A DNA stretch of 64,000 nucleotides from Octopus vulgaris (GCA_951406725.2 OX597822.1:12028001-12092000); one strand, 5' to 3'. Shown: positions 40,083-54,276, counted from the stretch's first letter. The notes: generated by a model not told the origin, from the letters alone. Translations and numbers: made by a program.

Positions 40083-42066
40083 TTTATTGATATAATTATG
40101 CCATAAAGGCATTACACAGACGTAACTCCGGGCTGGACATTACATTGATGAGATGAAAATGATAAACGAAATTATGATATTAATGAGAGGAGCCAAACAC
40201 TCCCGCCGATCTTCTGCTTCTCTAAACCATTGTTCTTCAAAAAACTGAACGAGGTATTGAACCTCTTACTTCCGTTTTACAATTACTGGACTTAACAGTC
40301 CTTTACAAATTGAGGCGCTGAGCCTCTTATAAACAATAATATGCGATAAACATTTTAGGCACTAAAGCCTCTTTATCCTTCTTCTCCGACCAGGCTGAAT
40401 GCTCCAGCTCCAATACTCGGGGCCCAGAAGGCGAACCTAAACTGGTCCTTCGAGAAGGAGTCCAACAACCTGAACATATCGACTTCCGATATGACCTCCG
40501 TAATCACCTGCGGAGGCCAATCCGAGTCTTCAGTCAGGGCATGAGCTCCTCCCTCCGGCCCTCTAGCTTTCTTAAGAAGCTCTCTTTTGCCCCTCGCTTA
40601 TGAAGGAAGATAACAAAATCATCTCTTTGACACTCTGGGAAGGTCCAAAGTTTCCTCTGTTGGTGGCACAATCCCCACCGACAAAGTTTAAGGGCATGCC
40701 GACAGTGTACCATCAACCGCTCTTTTTCTTTTTCTTTTTCTCCCCTTTGCTGCAGAAGGGTGTGGTATCTCTGCTTTATCCGGAGGATCTTCCTCCCATC
40801 CCGCAGCTTTAGGGACGTTCGGTGGTCAACCATTGGTGCCTACCTTGTTTCTTTTCTTTGTTTTTTTCGATGAGGTCTCCACCTCCTCGACTGCCTCCAT
40901 CTTTCCCTATAATGGGGGAGCGTGGAAGCTACTTTTATTAGCTGCTCTAGGACTTTACCTTGGTCCTGGGGACAGTTCTTTTTAATGTGGCCTGGTTTTA
41001 AGTACAGGTGACACTCAAGAATCACCGGATACCTAGAACCGGCCAATCTCAAGAAATCTGGGAAAACCAGATTATTGGCTGATTGGGTCCACAGGGTTTA
41101 AGCCGCTTTTAACCCCACCCAATCAGTCACCGGCAGAATTTTAAGATTTAGGAGTTTGGCTCCGCTGCCACCCAGACTCAAGAGAATAGTGTCTTCTATC
41201 CACTCGGGTTCTATCCCGGGTGGCAACCCATAGAACCAAGCTCTTGTTATTTTCTTCCCACAATATGTGGGAAGAAAGAGACTCTTTTGCCCTTCTAAGG
41301 GCTGGCTCGCAAAATTGCGAGTCTCCTCTGGGGTGTCAAATAGCAACCACACCGTTGAGTACTTGACGCCCCTGGCAATAAACTTAATAGATATTCTGTC
41401 AACTCTTTCTCAATTTCAATTTGAGATAACACTGTGATGGTGCCGAGCGACTTGGAATACGTCCTCAACACCACCGTTCTCTCGTTGAAATCTTTTACCC
41501 GCTGCTTGGGGGTACAATCTTCCACTTCAACGCAGTGTTTGCCTTTTTTGCCATGCTTGCGGAAATGAGAGTCCATAAAATAGTTCACACAAAATGTCTA
41601 AATAAAGTCAAAAGTAAACAAAATGCGCAGAAAGACACAGCAGATAAAGCAGCAACAAAATTCCGGACACTCGGTAATCCTGATCCACAGGTATTCCAAA
41701 ACATGGCACACCACACAGGTACTCAAGGTCACAGTAGCAGCAGGAACACACAAAATAAACCTCCACAAATTGGCCGAATTTTCAAAGTTTTCACAAATCT
41801 TGGTGGTGAGACACGCTCACAAAACAACAATTCTCACAGCTAAGTGAGTCACTTCGCGCGACTGCAGGCAGACAAATGTTTGGGACCCAGTGAGGATTTC
41901 CTATTCGAAAAAAACAAAACAATGTCAAAAAACAAAACCCCATTGAATCCCCCCCAAAACAGATGCCTACCTTACAGTCGCGCTTTCAATATTTCTTCAA
42001 TTCAGGACGGCTACAAAAGCACGTCATGACAGTATTCAAATTTGGAAGCAACTAACCAACTCATGC
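40083..42066 (-). mobile_element. ORF1-only (HAL1-like) non-LTR retroelement, ~2.0 kb
   Basis: Bounded by 14-bp direct repeats; ~490-bp 5' UTR starting near AGTT; one disrupted ORF; ~210-bp 3' UTR ending in AATAAA; no space for EN/RT. Confidence 0.75.
40293..41576 (-). pseudogene. gag-like ORF1 with degenerate zinc knuckle (frameshifted)
   Basis: MDSHFRKHGKK..FNERTVVLRTYSK / WLLFDTPEETRNFASQPL..LFLPTYCGKKITRAWFYGLPPGIEPEWI / RYPVILE-CHLYLKPGHIKKNCP (CX2[C]X4HX4C-like), followed by a basic low-complexity region. Confidence 0.75.
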
Positions 42067-42498
42067 GTAAGGAAGCTACTTACCACGCAGCCATCCCTAC
42101 GCTATACGCATGTGTGTGTATGTGCGTGTGTGCGTTTCTGTGTGCGTAAATATATGCACATAGATATTCATATTCATACACATACAGACGATATTCACAT
42201 ACATACATACATATATACATATAGAGATAGACAACGAATCATGCTGTAAAGAGATACTCCAATATCAATTCTAACCGTTAGGACGTACAATATTATAGTT
42301 ATGATTACATATTAAGTGAATGGAAAGAAGAAACTTAAAAAGGAGGAAATTAGATACAATGAAGTACAATGAAGCATAAATATCGATCAGTCTGGATCCC
42401 TACTTTTCTATTACCTTTTTCTACTACCTTGGTAGGTTTATGCTCATACCAGTTCCTCTCATGAGATCAAATGCAAATACTGGTCACGGCGATTGATA

Positions 42499-42572
42499 TC
42501 TTCTTCTTCTTCTTCTTCTTCTTCTTCTTCTTCTTCTTCTTCTTCTTCTTCTTCTTCTTCTTCATCATCATC

Positions 42573-42617
<45 letters not shown>

Positions 42618-42626
42618 TTCTTCTTC

Positions 42627-42666
<40 letters not shown>

Positions 42667-42716
42667 CCACCACCATCATCATCATCATCATCATCATCCT
42701 CTTCTTCTTCTTCATC
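42499..42716. repeat. compound (TTC)n/(TCA)n microsatellite
   Basis: Directly visible. Confidence 0.97.
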
Positions 42717-42884
42717 TTTTCCTCCTTTTTCTATTGTGCTTACAAAGGAAAGTCGCTGTTTTTGAGGACGTAAGATGTTGCTTAATTTCATTGTTTCGAA
42801 GAGAGAAAATTTTGACTTTGTCGTAACATTTTATTACTAAGCCTATCAGGGTCTTCTGAGGTTAGATGACCTTGCAGAATTCGC

Positions 42885-43025
42885 GCCCTTTCGGGATTAT
42901 TTTATCGGCCCCGTAAAGATAAAAGGAAAAGTCTACATCGCCGGAATTTGAACGCTGAACGTACAGAAAGACGAAAGGCAGCTAAGCATTTAGCCCGGCG
43001 AGCTAACGGCATTGCTAGTTCACCG
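42885..43025 (-). mobile_element. SINE family B 5' fragment
   Basis: ttatcggccccg..ggaatttgaac..gctaagcattt..gctaac. Confidence 0.7.
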
Positions 43026-43277
43026 TGTTAAGGATGAGATACATATCAAAATTAATCCAAGGGACAATTCACCGTTTCAACAGACAACATGTCATCACTT
43101 TTTACAACTACCAGTTAGCAGAGAATGTTTGAATAACAAAAGCAACATCAGCGTCGCAAACGGCACTGACGCAAATGAATCAAATGAAATTCATTCTATG
43201 TGAAAGTCGGACTTGCTCTAACATCAGTTGATAACGAAACAACAAGTACAACGGGCACGAAACGCGAAGTGAAGAAA

Positions 43278-43672
43278 GTAGTAGTTGTAGTAGTAGTAGT
43301 AGTAGTAGTAACAGCAGCAGTAGCAGCAATAGCAGTAGTAGTAGTAATAACAGCAGCTGTAGTAGTAGTTGTAGTAGTAGTAGTAAGTAGTAGAAATAAG
43401 TAGTAATAGTAATAGTAGTAGAACTAGTAGTAGTAGTAGTACTAGTAGTAGTAGAGTATCAGCAGTAGCAGCAGTAGTAGTAGTAGTAGTTATAGTAGTA
43501 GTAGTAACAGCGGCAGTAGTAGTAGTGGTAGTAAATAGTAGTAGTAAGTATTTGTAGCAGTAGTAGTAGTAGTAGTAGTTGTGGTAGTAGTAGTAACAGT
43601 AGTAGCAGTTGTAGTAGCAGTAGTAGTAATTGTAGTAGTAGTAACAGTAGCAGTAGTAGTAGTAGTAGTTGT
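43278..43672. repeat. (GTA)n/(GCA) microsatellite
   Basis: Directly visible. Confidence 0.96.
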
Positions 43673-44293
43673 ATTTACTACTACTTCTAACAACAACCAT
43701 TGAGATTATCCTTCCCACTTTCTCTTCTTACACTTTCTCCTTCTCTTCTTATTTCTCCTCCATTTCCTCCTTCTCTTCCTCTTTCTCTTTTCTCCCCTTC
43801 GTCCACCACCTCCTGCTCCTCCTCCTCCTCCATATCCTCATCATCTCTTTCACCCTACCACTCCCCACTCCCGTCACTCATTTTTAAGATTCCCATCAAT
43901 CTCCCCTCCTTGAACCCTTTCTTCCTATAAACAACAATTAAAAACCAATCCTCATTCCGGATCTGCCATTTCAATTAACATCTTTTAATTAATGATTTTC
44001 ATTTGCTTTTTCATTCCAAAGCAATCATCTTCTTTCATTCTTTCATTTTCATTCACTAAATTCCTTCTCTACAAATGTCTTGTACTCCCTTCCCCCAATT
44101 CCATCTCCTTGTCTCTTACCGAATGTCTTTCTGTATTGTTTGCGTGTGTAGTGAAAAAACTTTCTTCAAAGCCCCTACATACATTCATAGGCACCTCGCG
44201 CGCACACACACACACACTCACACACACACACACACGCGCACACACACACACACACACACGCATGTATATATAAACACATACGTACAAAATTTG

Positions 44294-45072
44294 AGCCGGT
44301 GGCTGGAAGAATCGTTTTTGTGTCGGGCAAAATAATTAGCGGCTTTTCGCCCATCTTTACATTCAAATTCCGCCAGGGTCGACTTTGGCTTTCATTCTTT
44401 CTGCATAGATAAAATCAGAGCCAGTTTCACCATGGGGTCGAAATAATCAACTAGCCCCTCTTCCATAATTGCTGGCCCTGTGCCTATATTAGGAAAGAAT
44501 ATTTTGCTCTAGTAACAAGGCAGTGAACTGGCTGAATTGTCATGCCGGGCAAAAGCTTGGCAGCCTTTCGCACCTCTTTACGTTCTGAGTTCAAATTTCG
44601 CCAGGGTTGACTCTGACTTTCATTCTTTCAGGGTCGATAAAATTAAAAGTAGTTGGGCACAGGGGTCGATATAATCGAATTATCCCCTCCCCCAAACTAA
44701 CTTGCTAGCCTTGGAACCAATATTTTGAAACGAATATTACACGGTGCGACAAAGTTGGTCATTTAAATGAGCGTAACCGTCTTCCCGAGATGTCGCATTG
44801 CAGGGTCGAAACCGACGTCTGAAATGTTGCGAAATGTTCTTCTTAACCATTCAGACACACCCCGACTATTAATATTGGCTTCAAATTTTCTGCACAAAGC
44901 CAGCAATTTCGGGACAAAAGGGTAAGTCGATTACATTGACCCCAGTGTTCAACTGGTACTTATTTTATCCCGAAAAGATTATATGTAAATGCGAGCTCGG
45001 CGGAATTTGAACTCATAACGTAAACCTTAGTATTTCGTTCGTTGTGATAACGGTTCTGTCAGCTTGCCACTT
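44294..45072. mobile_element. Cluster of three family B SINEs (44294-44490 +, 44517-44733 +, 44876-45072 -)
   Basis: Each has ttcaaattYcgcc..ggtcgac and ggggtcgaNNtaatc motifs. Confidence 0.82.
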
Positions 45073-45559
45073 TTTCAATGGTTATTAATATAACTGTCAT
45101 TTATAAATAATTCTTTTCCCGTCATAGCATAATTATTTGCAATTAGTTTATTAACGATCCCCACATTAAGACGGAGATAGCATAAATCAATGGCACAACA
45201 TCTCTGAAACTAGTCAACCTGCTAAAAATAGCAAGCAAATATCATATCCCTCAAATAATCTTATCAGTAGAAGCATATAAACCCAAGATATCAACGAAAT
45301 GAAACAGTTATTGATACGGATAGACGATCCATTATTAAAGGTCTGGTTGACGATCAGGATTCACCTAAGGCTTAACAGCGACTGCAACAACAGCATCAAT
45401 AACAGCAACAACAATCAACTTTGCCTAGAATTAATAAATAGTTTTAGTTCTTAGCTTACTAGAAACTTAAAATGGTCTGCATATATATTTTCTTGCTTGC
45501 TTGAGATCGAAGTCATATCTCTCAAACGACAACTAATTTCTTCAGAACAGGAAGTTATA

Positions 45560-45845
45560 CAGCATGAATTAGCATGTGATCAAGTGATCGACCAGGCTAT
45601 CGTATGTTGTTATACATCGCTGGTCCCAATGCGCTTTGCATCGTTTCAGTTTTCGAATGATGCCACTCCGCTGGCTAGGTGACCAGAGCAACATTCCCCC
45701 TGGTCAAAAGGCTGGTCCATTGCACGGTGACCCGATTACAACTGAGTAACATGTTTCGTTCAAGACCACAACGCACAGCCCGTACAGGAATTGAAACCAC
45801 GATGGCAAAATCGTGAGTGCCATACGCCTAAACACTTGGCTCTCA
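45560..45845 (-). mobile_element. Degraded tRNA-derived SINE (distinct tail)
   Basis: Minus strand A-box-like agccaagtgtttagg, B-box-like ggtttcaattcct, core-like gttgtggtcttgaacgaaac. Confidence 0.55.
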
Positions 45846-46817
45846 CTAAACAGCTGCAACAATGAACGTCAATAATGGAATGTATATGTGGGCAATCACC
45901 CTGCTCGAAATAACAGTCAAATCTCTCTCTCACAAGCTACTCGTCTTACCCTCTTAAAGAGAAGACAAAAGAGATGGTTGCATATGGATTAGGTTTGATC
46001 TGATAACAGGTCAGTTAGACCAAGGCTATCCTGAAGCTAAATAACAACAACAACAACAACAATTATATGCAAAGCTTTTGTCTGCTTTCTAAACAATTCC
46101 GCTCATTAGTTTCTTTTTATTCTGTTCATTAATTAAACATCTTCACCTTCCTGCAAATAAAAACGAAGACATATAAAATTAGATACAAGACAAAAACGAT
46201 CTCTGATAAATCTAAGACGATAGATAAAGAGTTTCGGCCTCCTCCGAGATATTCACGTGTTTATTCATTCAAAAAGAATTGTTTGAATACACAAATAAAT
46301 AGAGTGTTTTAAATCTGTAAATTTGAATTTTAAATTCGGACTTTCAACGATATAAAGATGCATTGAACTGAGATAATTCAAGAATGATTGTCACTATTTA
46401 GAAATAAAACAAAATCTGTGTTTATCATTCTAAGTTCACTATCTTCAGTTGTGACAGTTGAGTAAAAGACAATCGGAATAGAAGACGAATGGAAAAGACA
46501 ATCAACGAGACTGTATGATCCGCTAGAAAAGTAGCTAATTCTCCCTCAAATTATATACAATTGTCTTCAAAAGCGAAAGGATGCACTGGAAGATCTAATC
46601 GTGCATCACCAGAAAAACGAGGGAAGTACACGGTGACAGCAGCGTGAACGTTATTCATAGAATTGATATATTGCGGAGTAAGCGTAAAAACGTGAATTTG
46701 CTTCAGTGAAAAGCCAAACGCTTGCAAACAAAAAGCAAACGCATGCGAAAAGGAGTTAGCCATATATTTGTACGAAACAACCTTCATGCTATACGCCCCA
46801 GCTGTATCATAATTTTA

Positions 46818-46960
46818 TGAAATATAAATAGATTATGTATTTAGACTTGGTCCCTTGCAGTCCCATTTATTTCAGATGCATTATTTACGCATACGAAAAA
46901 TATTCGAAATCTGAAAGATTTTCTGTCCAAAACAATTTAGATTAGACTTATCTGCCCTAG
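46818..46960 (+). mobile_element. Possible pogo/Tigger-like (MER2-like) terminal remnant
   Basis: tttagacttggtccc..cgaaatctgaaa..ttctgtcc resembles the MER2-type end as I recall it; highly degraded. Confidence 0.35.
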
Positions 46961-48075
46961 TTATTCGGGTAAAAAACAGGCAGGATCAGTTGAGGTTAGG
47001 GTAAAATGTAATCCGTCTGGTGGCTTTAAATTACACTTGAATACTTTCTAATACGAAATTTTGCTCGTCCACATCTCTAATGAGAGAATCTGGCTTCCAA
47101 ACGGAGGCTTTTAAGACAACGCCAGAAACAGCTTAAAAGAGTTCAAACTGGATCTGGTCAAGGAGGAATGGATGTGAATTTCAAAAGATAAAGTATGCAG
47201 TACATTTAACTGGCTTCTCAAATGGGTTGGTTACAAAAAGTTACCTTGGATTTGCGGTACCTTAATCATCCAGCAGAATTGTAATGAAGGCAGTTTCACA
47301 AAATATAGCAGCAAATGTATATGCAGATGTCATGGACTCTGTGCGGTGCGGTCCTCTTAGATTGTAAGGGGATAAAGGTCGTGTATATGAATATATAAAC
47401 TACTGCCGACTTTCAGTTTCCTTCTACCAAATCCACTCACAACGCTTTGGTGGACCCAGGGTGTCATGCAGTGGGAATGAACTTGTACCCATGTAATTTG
47501 GAAGCAAGACACGGCTTCCATATTTCTGTTGGAAAAACATAGTGTTGTACACAACCGTTCACATTGTAGAGTGCCCCTTTGTGGACAATTTTAGTAATAC
47601 TAATAATAACAATAGTTAAATTTTTGGCTTAAGGCCAGCAAATTAAGAGAGGACGATAGGGTTTCAGCGCTCAGCTGGTACATACATTAAATGTTAAAAT
47701 ACGGTCAAGTTAAAGGCTAAATCTACAAGTCTCGGTAATCGTGACCGATGTAGTTAGAAGGAAAAACCGAGAAAGATATCGTAAGCATCCTGATGAACTT
47801 CTTAAAACCTTCGCTAATATTTGAGTGTCTCGTTGTTTGACCTGGGAAATATGAGAGTCGAGGCCGATTTGACTGGAACTTGAAATCGGGCAGCAAAGAT
47901 TAGAAAAAAATGATTGCAAAGCATTCTATATGACGCTGTTTCGACTGCAATTTGCTACTTCTCTCTCTGTACACACACACATGACTCTGTTTGTATATAT
48001 ATATATTTGCATATTCGTCTATGAAGGTCTGTGCATGCACATACATTCTCATACACGCACACACACGTATGTATG

Positions 48076-48147
<72 letters not shown>

Positions 48148-48416
48148 CATATGTGTGTATATATATATACACTGTGTGTATATGTATATAAAAGCTTCCA
48201 CCGGGTATTTATATCGATTTTGTGTTATTACATAATATCAACATGAATACCTGTCAGCAAATATATGCATGCCGAAAGATTCAAATATACGCAAAACCAC
48301 TCCCGCGTCTGCATGAATGCTCGCGTGTGAGTGTAGACACGCACACATACTCACACACACATACTCACACACACATACTCACGTACACATACATATATGT
48401 ATATATATATATATAC

Positions 48417-48511
<95 letters not shown>

Positions 48512-49978
48512 TATGTATATATATATCAACATACGTAATCATTATAGCTGTCAACAACTTTCTCTGGCGAGCGCAGAACCTCTACATTCTTCATTGAAAA
48601 CGAATATCTTATTGGAAAATGTCATTGAATCAGAAAAATAAATCCCAGATCAGAAAACTTAGATCCAATCCGATCAAATACGGAAAGCTGGTTTGTATGA
48701 GAGATCGAATCCTATAATCTTATAAATATGTGTTTCTAATCGTTCATTGTCTTTTTTTTTCCATTGTCTTTGTGTTGAATAAGAAATATTTTGTCTTTCA
48801 TTCCATGTACGTCTCCAAGGTATTAAACTTAGCTGGATAATATTGTTGGCTTATTTCTAGCATTTTCTTTTTCGTTTCGCCAGCTATCATTTCTTTCATT
48901 CATTCTTTCTTTATTTATTTATTTATTTCTTCCATCCTTTCTTTCTTTCCCTCGTGTGTATTCCGGTAATTCTCTGTTCTGGATTTACTTCTAGCGTATT
49001 GTTTTTGACTGACCATATCTCGATTTCCTCTATTAATGTTTGTGTGGGTGTGTGCTCATGTATATATTAAAGCATATATGTATATATATATGTATGTATG
49101 TACGTATGTATATAGGTGTGTGTGTGTGTGTTCATACTTGTGCACACACACACACATATATATATACTTATATATAGTGTATATAAGTTTATACATAGTT
49201 ATATATAGAGTGTATATAAGTATAGAGTCTATATAAGAGTATATATATATATTATACACATACATACATGTGTGTGTCTCTAAACATAAATACAAACGTA
49301 TATGCAAATACAGAGATATATACATATCTGTGTATGTTTTTCTCATTACAAATGTCTTCTGCAAAAGAAATTCTCTTGTTGTCGTTGTGGGTGTTGTTCT
49401 TCTTTCTTTCTTTCTTTCTTTCTTCTTCCTCTTCTTCTTCATCTCTTCCTCCTTCTGCCCCTTCTTCTTCACTAGCAGTTGTTTACCCATCCAACCAGCC
49501 ACTCACCAACTACACTCGCTATTAGCCATTTTACCCGTTCATCATCATAAGAATATTGCTAAAGGTACCAGCCGAACATCCCTCAAAACCATTCCAGATT
49601 TTTCAGTAAAATGTTCCTAGTCGTAACACCTTTAATCGCATGTGATTTCGATAGAGTCCTAGTTTCGCCTGAGCAACAAACACAGGGCAGACTTTGAAGT
49701 GGGGTGGGAATTCATTGATGAGGTCGCAAATAGCGACGAAAGGACTTTGACAAACAAACAACTTATTGATTGTTTAACCAGCACATTAAACAAATGATCG
49801 ATCATTACCTGGTTTGATATTTAACCAACTGACTAACAATAAAGAAGTGATGTTAAACTAGTGCGTGTGTTTTTATTATTAGCATAATGACCCTCCCAAA
49901 TAATTTAAATTTAACAGATAAACGTAATAAACCTTCAATAAATTCGAGTATTGAAAATGAATCTAAATTTCTTTTCAG

Positions 49979-50087
49979 AAACAGGACAAATTATCCTCTC
50001 TCCTATACAATGGGCTGTGGAGAAACAGTCCGAGTCAGAGGAGAGAGCATAAATGGCCACACTGGTGGTAACTCAAGGAGGAGAAAA
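49979..50087 (+). CDS. Candidate host exon (frame uncertain; one frame gives MGCGETVRVRGESINGHTGGNSRRRK)
   Basis: Strong acceptor tttcttttcag at 49968-49978; GC-richer unique sequence; acaATGG at 50010; possible donor AAA|GTACGT at 50088 in phase 0. Confidence 0.4.
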
Positions 50088-51000
50088 GTACGTCACTGCT
50101 ACACCAGCATGCTAATATGTTAGAACATAGGGACTCGATAGATAACAGATGTTAGGATAAACAGACACGACACTATGAGACCACACCGATAAAAGAAAAT
50201 AAACCGAAACTTAACAGAAAACGTAAACAGCGTAATAAACCTCGTCCACTGCTTTCAACCCCACAACCTGATGATTGAAGACAGAATAGGAAAAAGAAAA
50301 TATACAAAGCCAAATACACGCACACAAGACGCGCATGCACATTCTGCACCCTGATACACGCGCAAACACATACCAAGATACGGATACATATCATAAATAA
50401 AACAAGATAGAATAGACAGGACAAGACCAGAGAGAAGAGGAGACTCGAAGAACAGATAACCATTGAAAAGGTCTCAGAACGTGTGAAGAAAACCTCAGAC
50501 AAAAATACTAATAATAAGGATAAAGCTAAGACGATGATCAAATTAATAGTTCGTGTGTTTACTGGCGAAATGACCGACTCCAAATATAACAGTAATCTCT
50601 TTTGACACAGGATTTCCCGTTAAGAAACGGGCAAAACAAATACTTGCTTGGAGACACTAGGAGGGTTATTAAAGCCTGTGTAGGCCACGGTATGAAACTG
50701 TTAGTATCTCATAACTACATATTGCGTACACACATATATTTACATATGTACACATACACATATCTATATATATATGTATGTATGTCATTGTTCAGTCTAT
50801 TGCAAGATTTTTTGCCAATAGAGGAAGAACCGGTTTCTAAACTGGATCCAAGGTTCCTTCATTGGAATTTCAACATCAACAACAGGGAATTATTATATGT
50901 ATGTACGTATATATGTATGTATATGTGCAGACTAGTATGTTTTGCTTTATGTGTGTTTTCTCATACATATAGTTACATATCTGGACATACTGATATATAT

Positions 51001-51750
51001 TTATATGATAAACGTCTGGCAAGTTTCACAGATTCTCACAGCTTCAGTGCTGGCTTGGATGTGTGATCTTCGAATTAGCTTTTTCCTTTCTGGTTTTCAG
51101 AAGCCTAATTTCTCAAGATTGGTATTTAGGCAGTGTGTAACATATCTCAGGTCTCCATTAATTACAAGTTTAAACCTGAACTTGTAATCTGGTTAGAGTA
51201 ACTTCAGATTTCTCAATAGTTCAGCATAGGTTTTCTCTTTTTTCACCTATCTTCAGCTTTATGTTAACATCTGCTGGGCAGCTGATTTCCACAAACGTGC
51301 GAAGTTTCTATTCTCTATCCCAAATCCTCATATCAAGTCTGTTGTGCTTACATTTTATTGAGTTCTTCACTGGTTCATTCCACCAGTACTCCTTTTTATT
51401 TTGAGTGGCTATGGCTTCACCCATAATGAGGGTTCTTATTTCTTTGTCCTCGGGGTTATCTTTCTGACGGGTTTCATGTAGAGTATCCTAGCTGCAACAT
51501 CATGTCTCATCGGTAGATAATACCGAGATAACATTTTCGGACAACTACACATGATGTGGGTGATATCTTCAGTGTGATTTCCACAAATTTTACATCGGTT
51601 GTCACATGTTATTGCTTTTCCTGCATCTCTGTCCCTTTTCTGCATCAGGTATTTGGTTAATATTTCCTGTTCCAGGATTGCAAACGCATACCCTTGAAAG
51701 AGGGTGGCAGTAAACCGGCTGTGATAGACTGTTTTGATGATCAATGTTAC
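51001..51750 (-). mobile_element. R4/Dong-like LINE 3' end, same family as 27905-29328
   Basis: FAILEQEILTKYL..CKICGNHTEDITHIMCSCP..YYLPMRHDVAARILY..YWWNEPVK..HNRLDMRIWD. Confidence 0.9.
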
Positions 51751-51796
51751 TATCGTCCCGTATGTCTGTATGTATGTATGTATGTATGTATGTATG

Positions 51797-51825
<29 letters not shown>

Positions 51826-51827
<2 letters not shown>

Positions 51828-52400
51828 TCTATCTATCTATCCGCTCATTCGAAGTCGACTCTCGGTTACTCGATGGATCAGTGTCCTCCCAGTCAGTTCT
51901 ATCCTGGGCCGCTTCTTTCAGATTGGCTATGTCCATTCCGGTATCACTCTTGATGGTGTCAAGCCAGCGGGTTCTAGGTCGGCTTCTTCCTCTCTTGCCA
52001 CTGACCATTCCGAGCTTGATGTCCTTCTCCAAGGATTTTCTCCGCATAGTATGACCAAAATATGGCAATCTATGCTTGGTGATCCTAGCCTCCAGCGACA
52101 TTTTCGGCCTGATCTGCTTTAGAACTTCTCTATTGGTGAGCCTCACTGTCCATGGAATCCGTGAAAGTCTTCTCCAACACCAAAGCTCGAATGCATTGCT
52201 TCTCTTCTGGTCAGCTTTCTTTAATGTTCAGGTCTCGCATCCATATGTTGCTATTGGGAAGACAATTGCATTCACCAATCTGCATTTGGTTGCGAGTCTG
52301 ATGTCTTCTACTCTTCCAGACCCTGCTCATACTTACCATTGCCTCTCTGCCGAGTACTATCCGCCGTCTTATTTCTGGAGTGCAGTCACCATCTCGATTT
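51826..52400 (-). mobile_element. RTE/BovB-like LINE 3' end with (GATA)/(CATA)n tail
   Basis: TKCRLVNAIVFPIATYGCET..AFELWCWRRLSRIPWTVRLTNREVL..RLPYFGHTMRR..GKRGRSRPRTRWLD. Confidence 0.92.
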
Positions 52401-53107
52401 ATTTAATATACATATATATATGGTATGAAATATTGCGTATGTAGGCTTCCGAAATGTTTGTAAATATGCATTTTCTAAGCCAGTAATACCAGCAGACTTA
52501 TAGTTCCACGTGATTATATGCACACACACACACGCGCACACAGAAAAACATATACAGAGACACACTCATCGCACATACATAATGTGTATAATATTAATTC
52601 GTATATTTATTCTTAACACGTCAAGGCACATGTAGATGCTAAGTATGGATTTTGCTGTAATGTATATCATAAGAGAATAACCTCTTCCTTCTACTTCTAA
52701 TGCAGCAGAATATACATACATATATACAAGTATACACGCATTCACAAGCACTATTTCTTTGTATCTTTTGATACCCACCCCCACATACACACACAGACAT
52801 ATGAACTCTTGTGGATTTGTGGTATAACGTGTGTGTATGTGTGTATTAAATTCCCTACGTATGTGGTAACTAGAAACTCACAACCCTCAGAAGGCACATT
52901 ATACTTTATGTAATCGGAACATCTATTTACTAAGAGAGGCCTGTAATTAATTAGAATCGAGTCGAGTCTTTAAACGGCGACTCTTTAAATTAAATAATTG
53001 CAATGAATGAATTCTTACGAATAATCAGCAACTGAAAAAAATGAAAGACAGCAAAAAAAAACCGCTGTGCAATACATGAATTATTGTTATTGAGGTCTTC
53101 AATTAAT

Positions 53108-53330
53108 GCGGCGAGCTGGCAGAACCGTTTGCACGCCAGACACAATGCTCAACGAAATTATATGTCCGTCTTTATGTCCTAAGTTCAAATCCGCTCCGTG
53201 GTTCACTTCGCTTTTTATTCTTAACGAGTCGGTAAAATAACTATACTTTTGAGAATAGGACTCGGTGTAATCGACCTCGAAATTACCTTCGCCAGAAATT
53301 GACGTCCTTGTGCCAAAGCTGAAATCCATA
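53108..53330 (+). mobile_element. SINE family B
   Basis: gcggcgagctggcagaaccgtt..agttcaaatccgc..gtaatcgac..cttgtgccaaa. Confidence 0.8.
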
Positions 53331-53646
53331 TTGATATTTCCAATTATCTATATTTGTTAAGCAACAAATATCAACTGAATAACTAACTCAATACATGGTG
53401 TCGGCTGAATTATTTTATTTTGTTAGTTACAACGATATTTCCTCCAACATGATTTATCAAGTACAATTCTATATTGAAGAGATGAGGAATTATGTACATT
53501 ATTTACATTGTACATAACTCACTCCATAATTGCCCACGGCCATATGGCGTAGTGGTTAAGAGCGCGGGCTACTAACCCCAAAATTCAGAGTTCGATTCAA
53601 GGCCGTGACATTAATAATAATAATAGTAATAATAATAATAATAACA

Positions 53647-54168
53647 ACAGAAAAAGATGGTATAGGCACACACCAGAAAAGGTCGCAGAAAACGAGAAAG
53701 CAACCGTACTCTGGGATATGCTAATACACACAGATAGAGAAATTAAGGCCAATAGGCCAGATATAATTGTCAGAGATCATGAAGAAAAAAATGCTTTCTA
53801 ATTGATGTATCAATACCAGCAGATGACAACGTGTCTCTAAAAGAAATGGAGAAACTTTCAAAATACAAAGACCTGGAAATAGAGGCAACTCTAATACAGA
53901 ATCTAAAAACAGAAAGAAATCCTATAATAGTAGGCGCATGAGGCATGATGAAAAGATATTCAGACAAATACGTAACAAAAACAGCAGGACTTACAAATGT
54001 ATATAACATACAGAAAATTGCACTGCTGGGCACTGCACACATCCTACGCAAAACACTTTCAATACAGTAACCATCAGAGCATTACAACAAATCAAAGCAC
54101 ATACCCAAGTATCACAGAGCTGCGCTCGGTAGTGAAGTGAAAGCACGCTATAAAAATAAAACTACTAA
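53647..54168 (+). mobile_element. Dong/R4-like LINE 3' end (RLE endonuclease) inserted in (AAT)n
   Basis: RWYRHTPEKVAENEKATVLWD..IHTDREIKANRPDIIV..CFLIDVSIP..KEMEKLSKYKDL..IQKIALLGTAHILRKTL, stop at 54068-54070; (AAT)n on both sides. Confidence 0.92.
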
Positions 54169-54230
54169 ATAATAATAATAACATCGAAAATACCTTAGGA
54201 ATGAGAATCCAGGTTCGAAATTTCCCCCAA

Positions 54231-54276
54231 GACACCTGACGAAGGCTAGAGGGTATATCAGCCGAAACGTTGTGTT
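54231..54276 (+). ncRNA. Minimal type I hammerhead ribozyme motif, intact core
   Basis: gacac-CTGACGA-a-ggct-(12 nt)-agcc-GAA-ACGT-T-gtgtt; stem I 5 bp, stem II 4 bp, palindromic helix III. Confidence 0.78.

Noticed and set aside
50173-50583. 136-aa hydrophobic minus-strand ORF
   Set aside because: Explained by the A-rich plus strand; no recognisable motif
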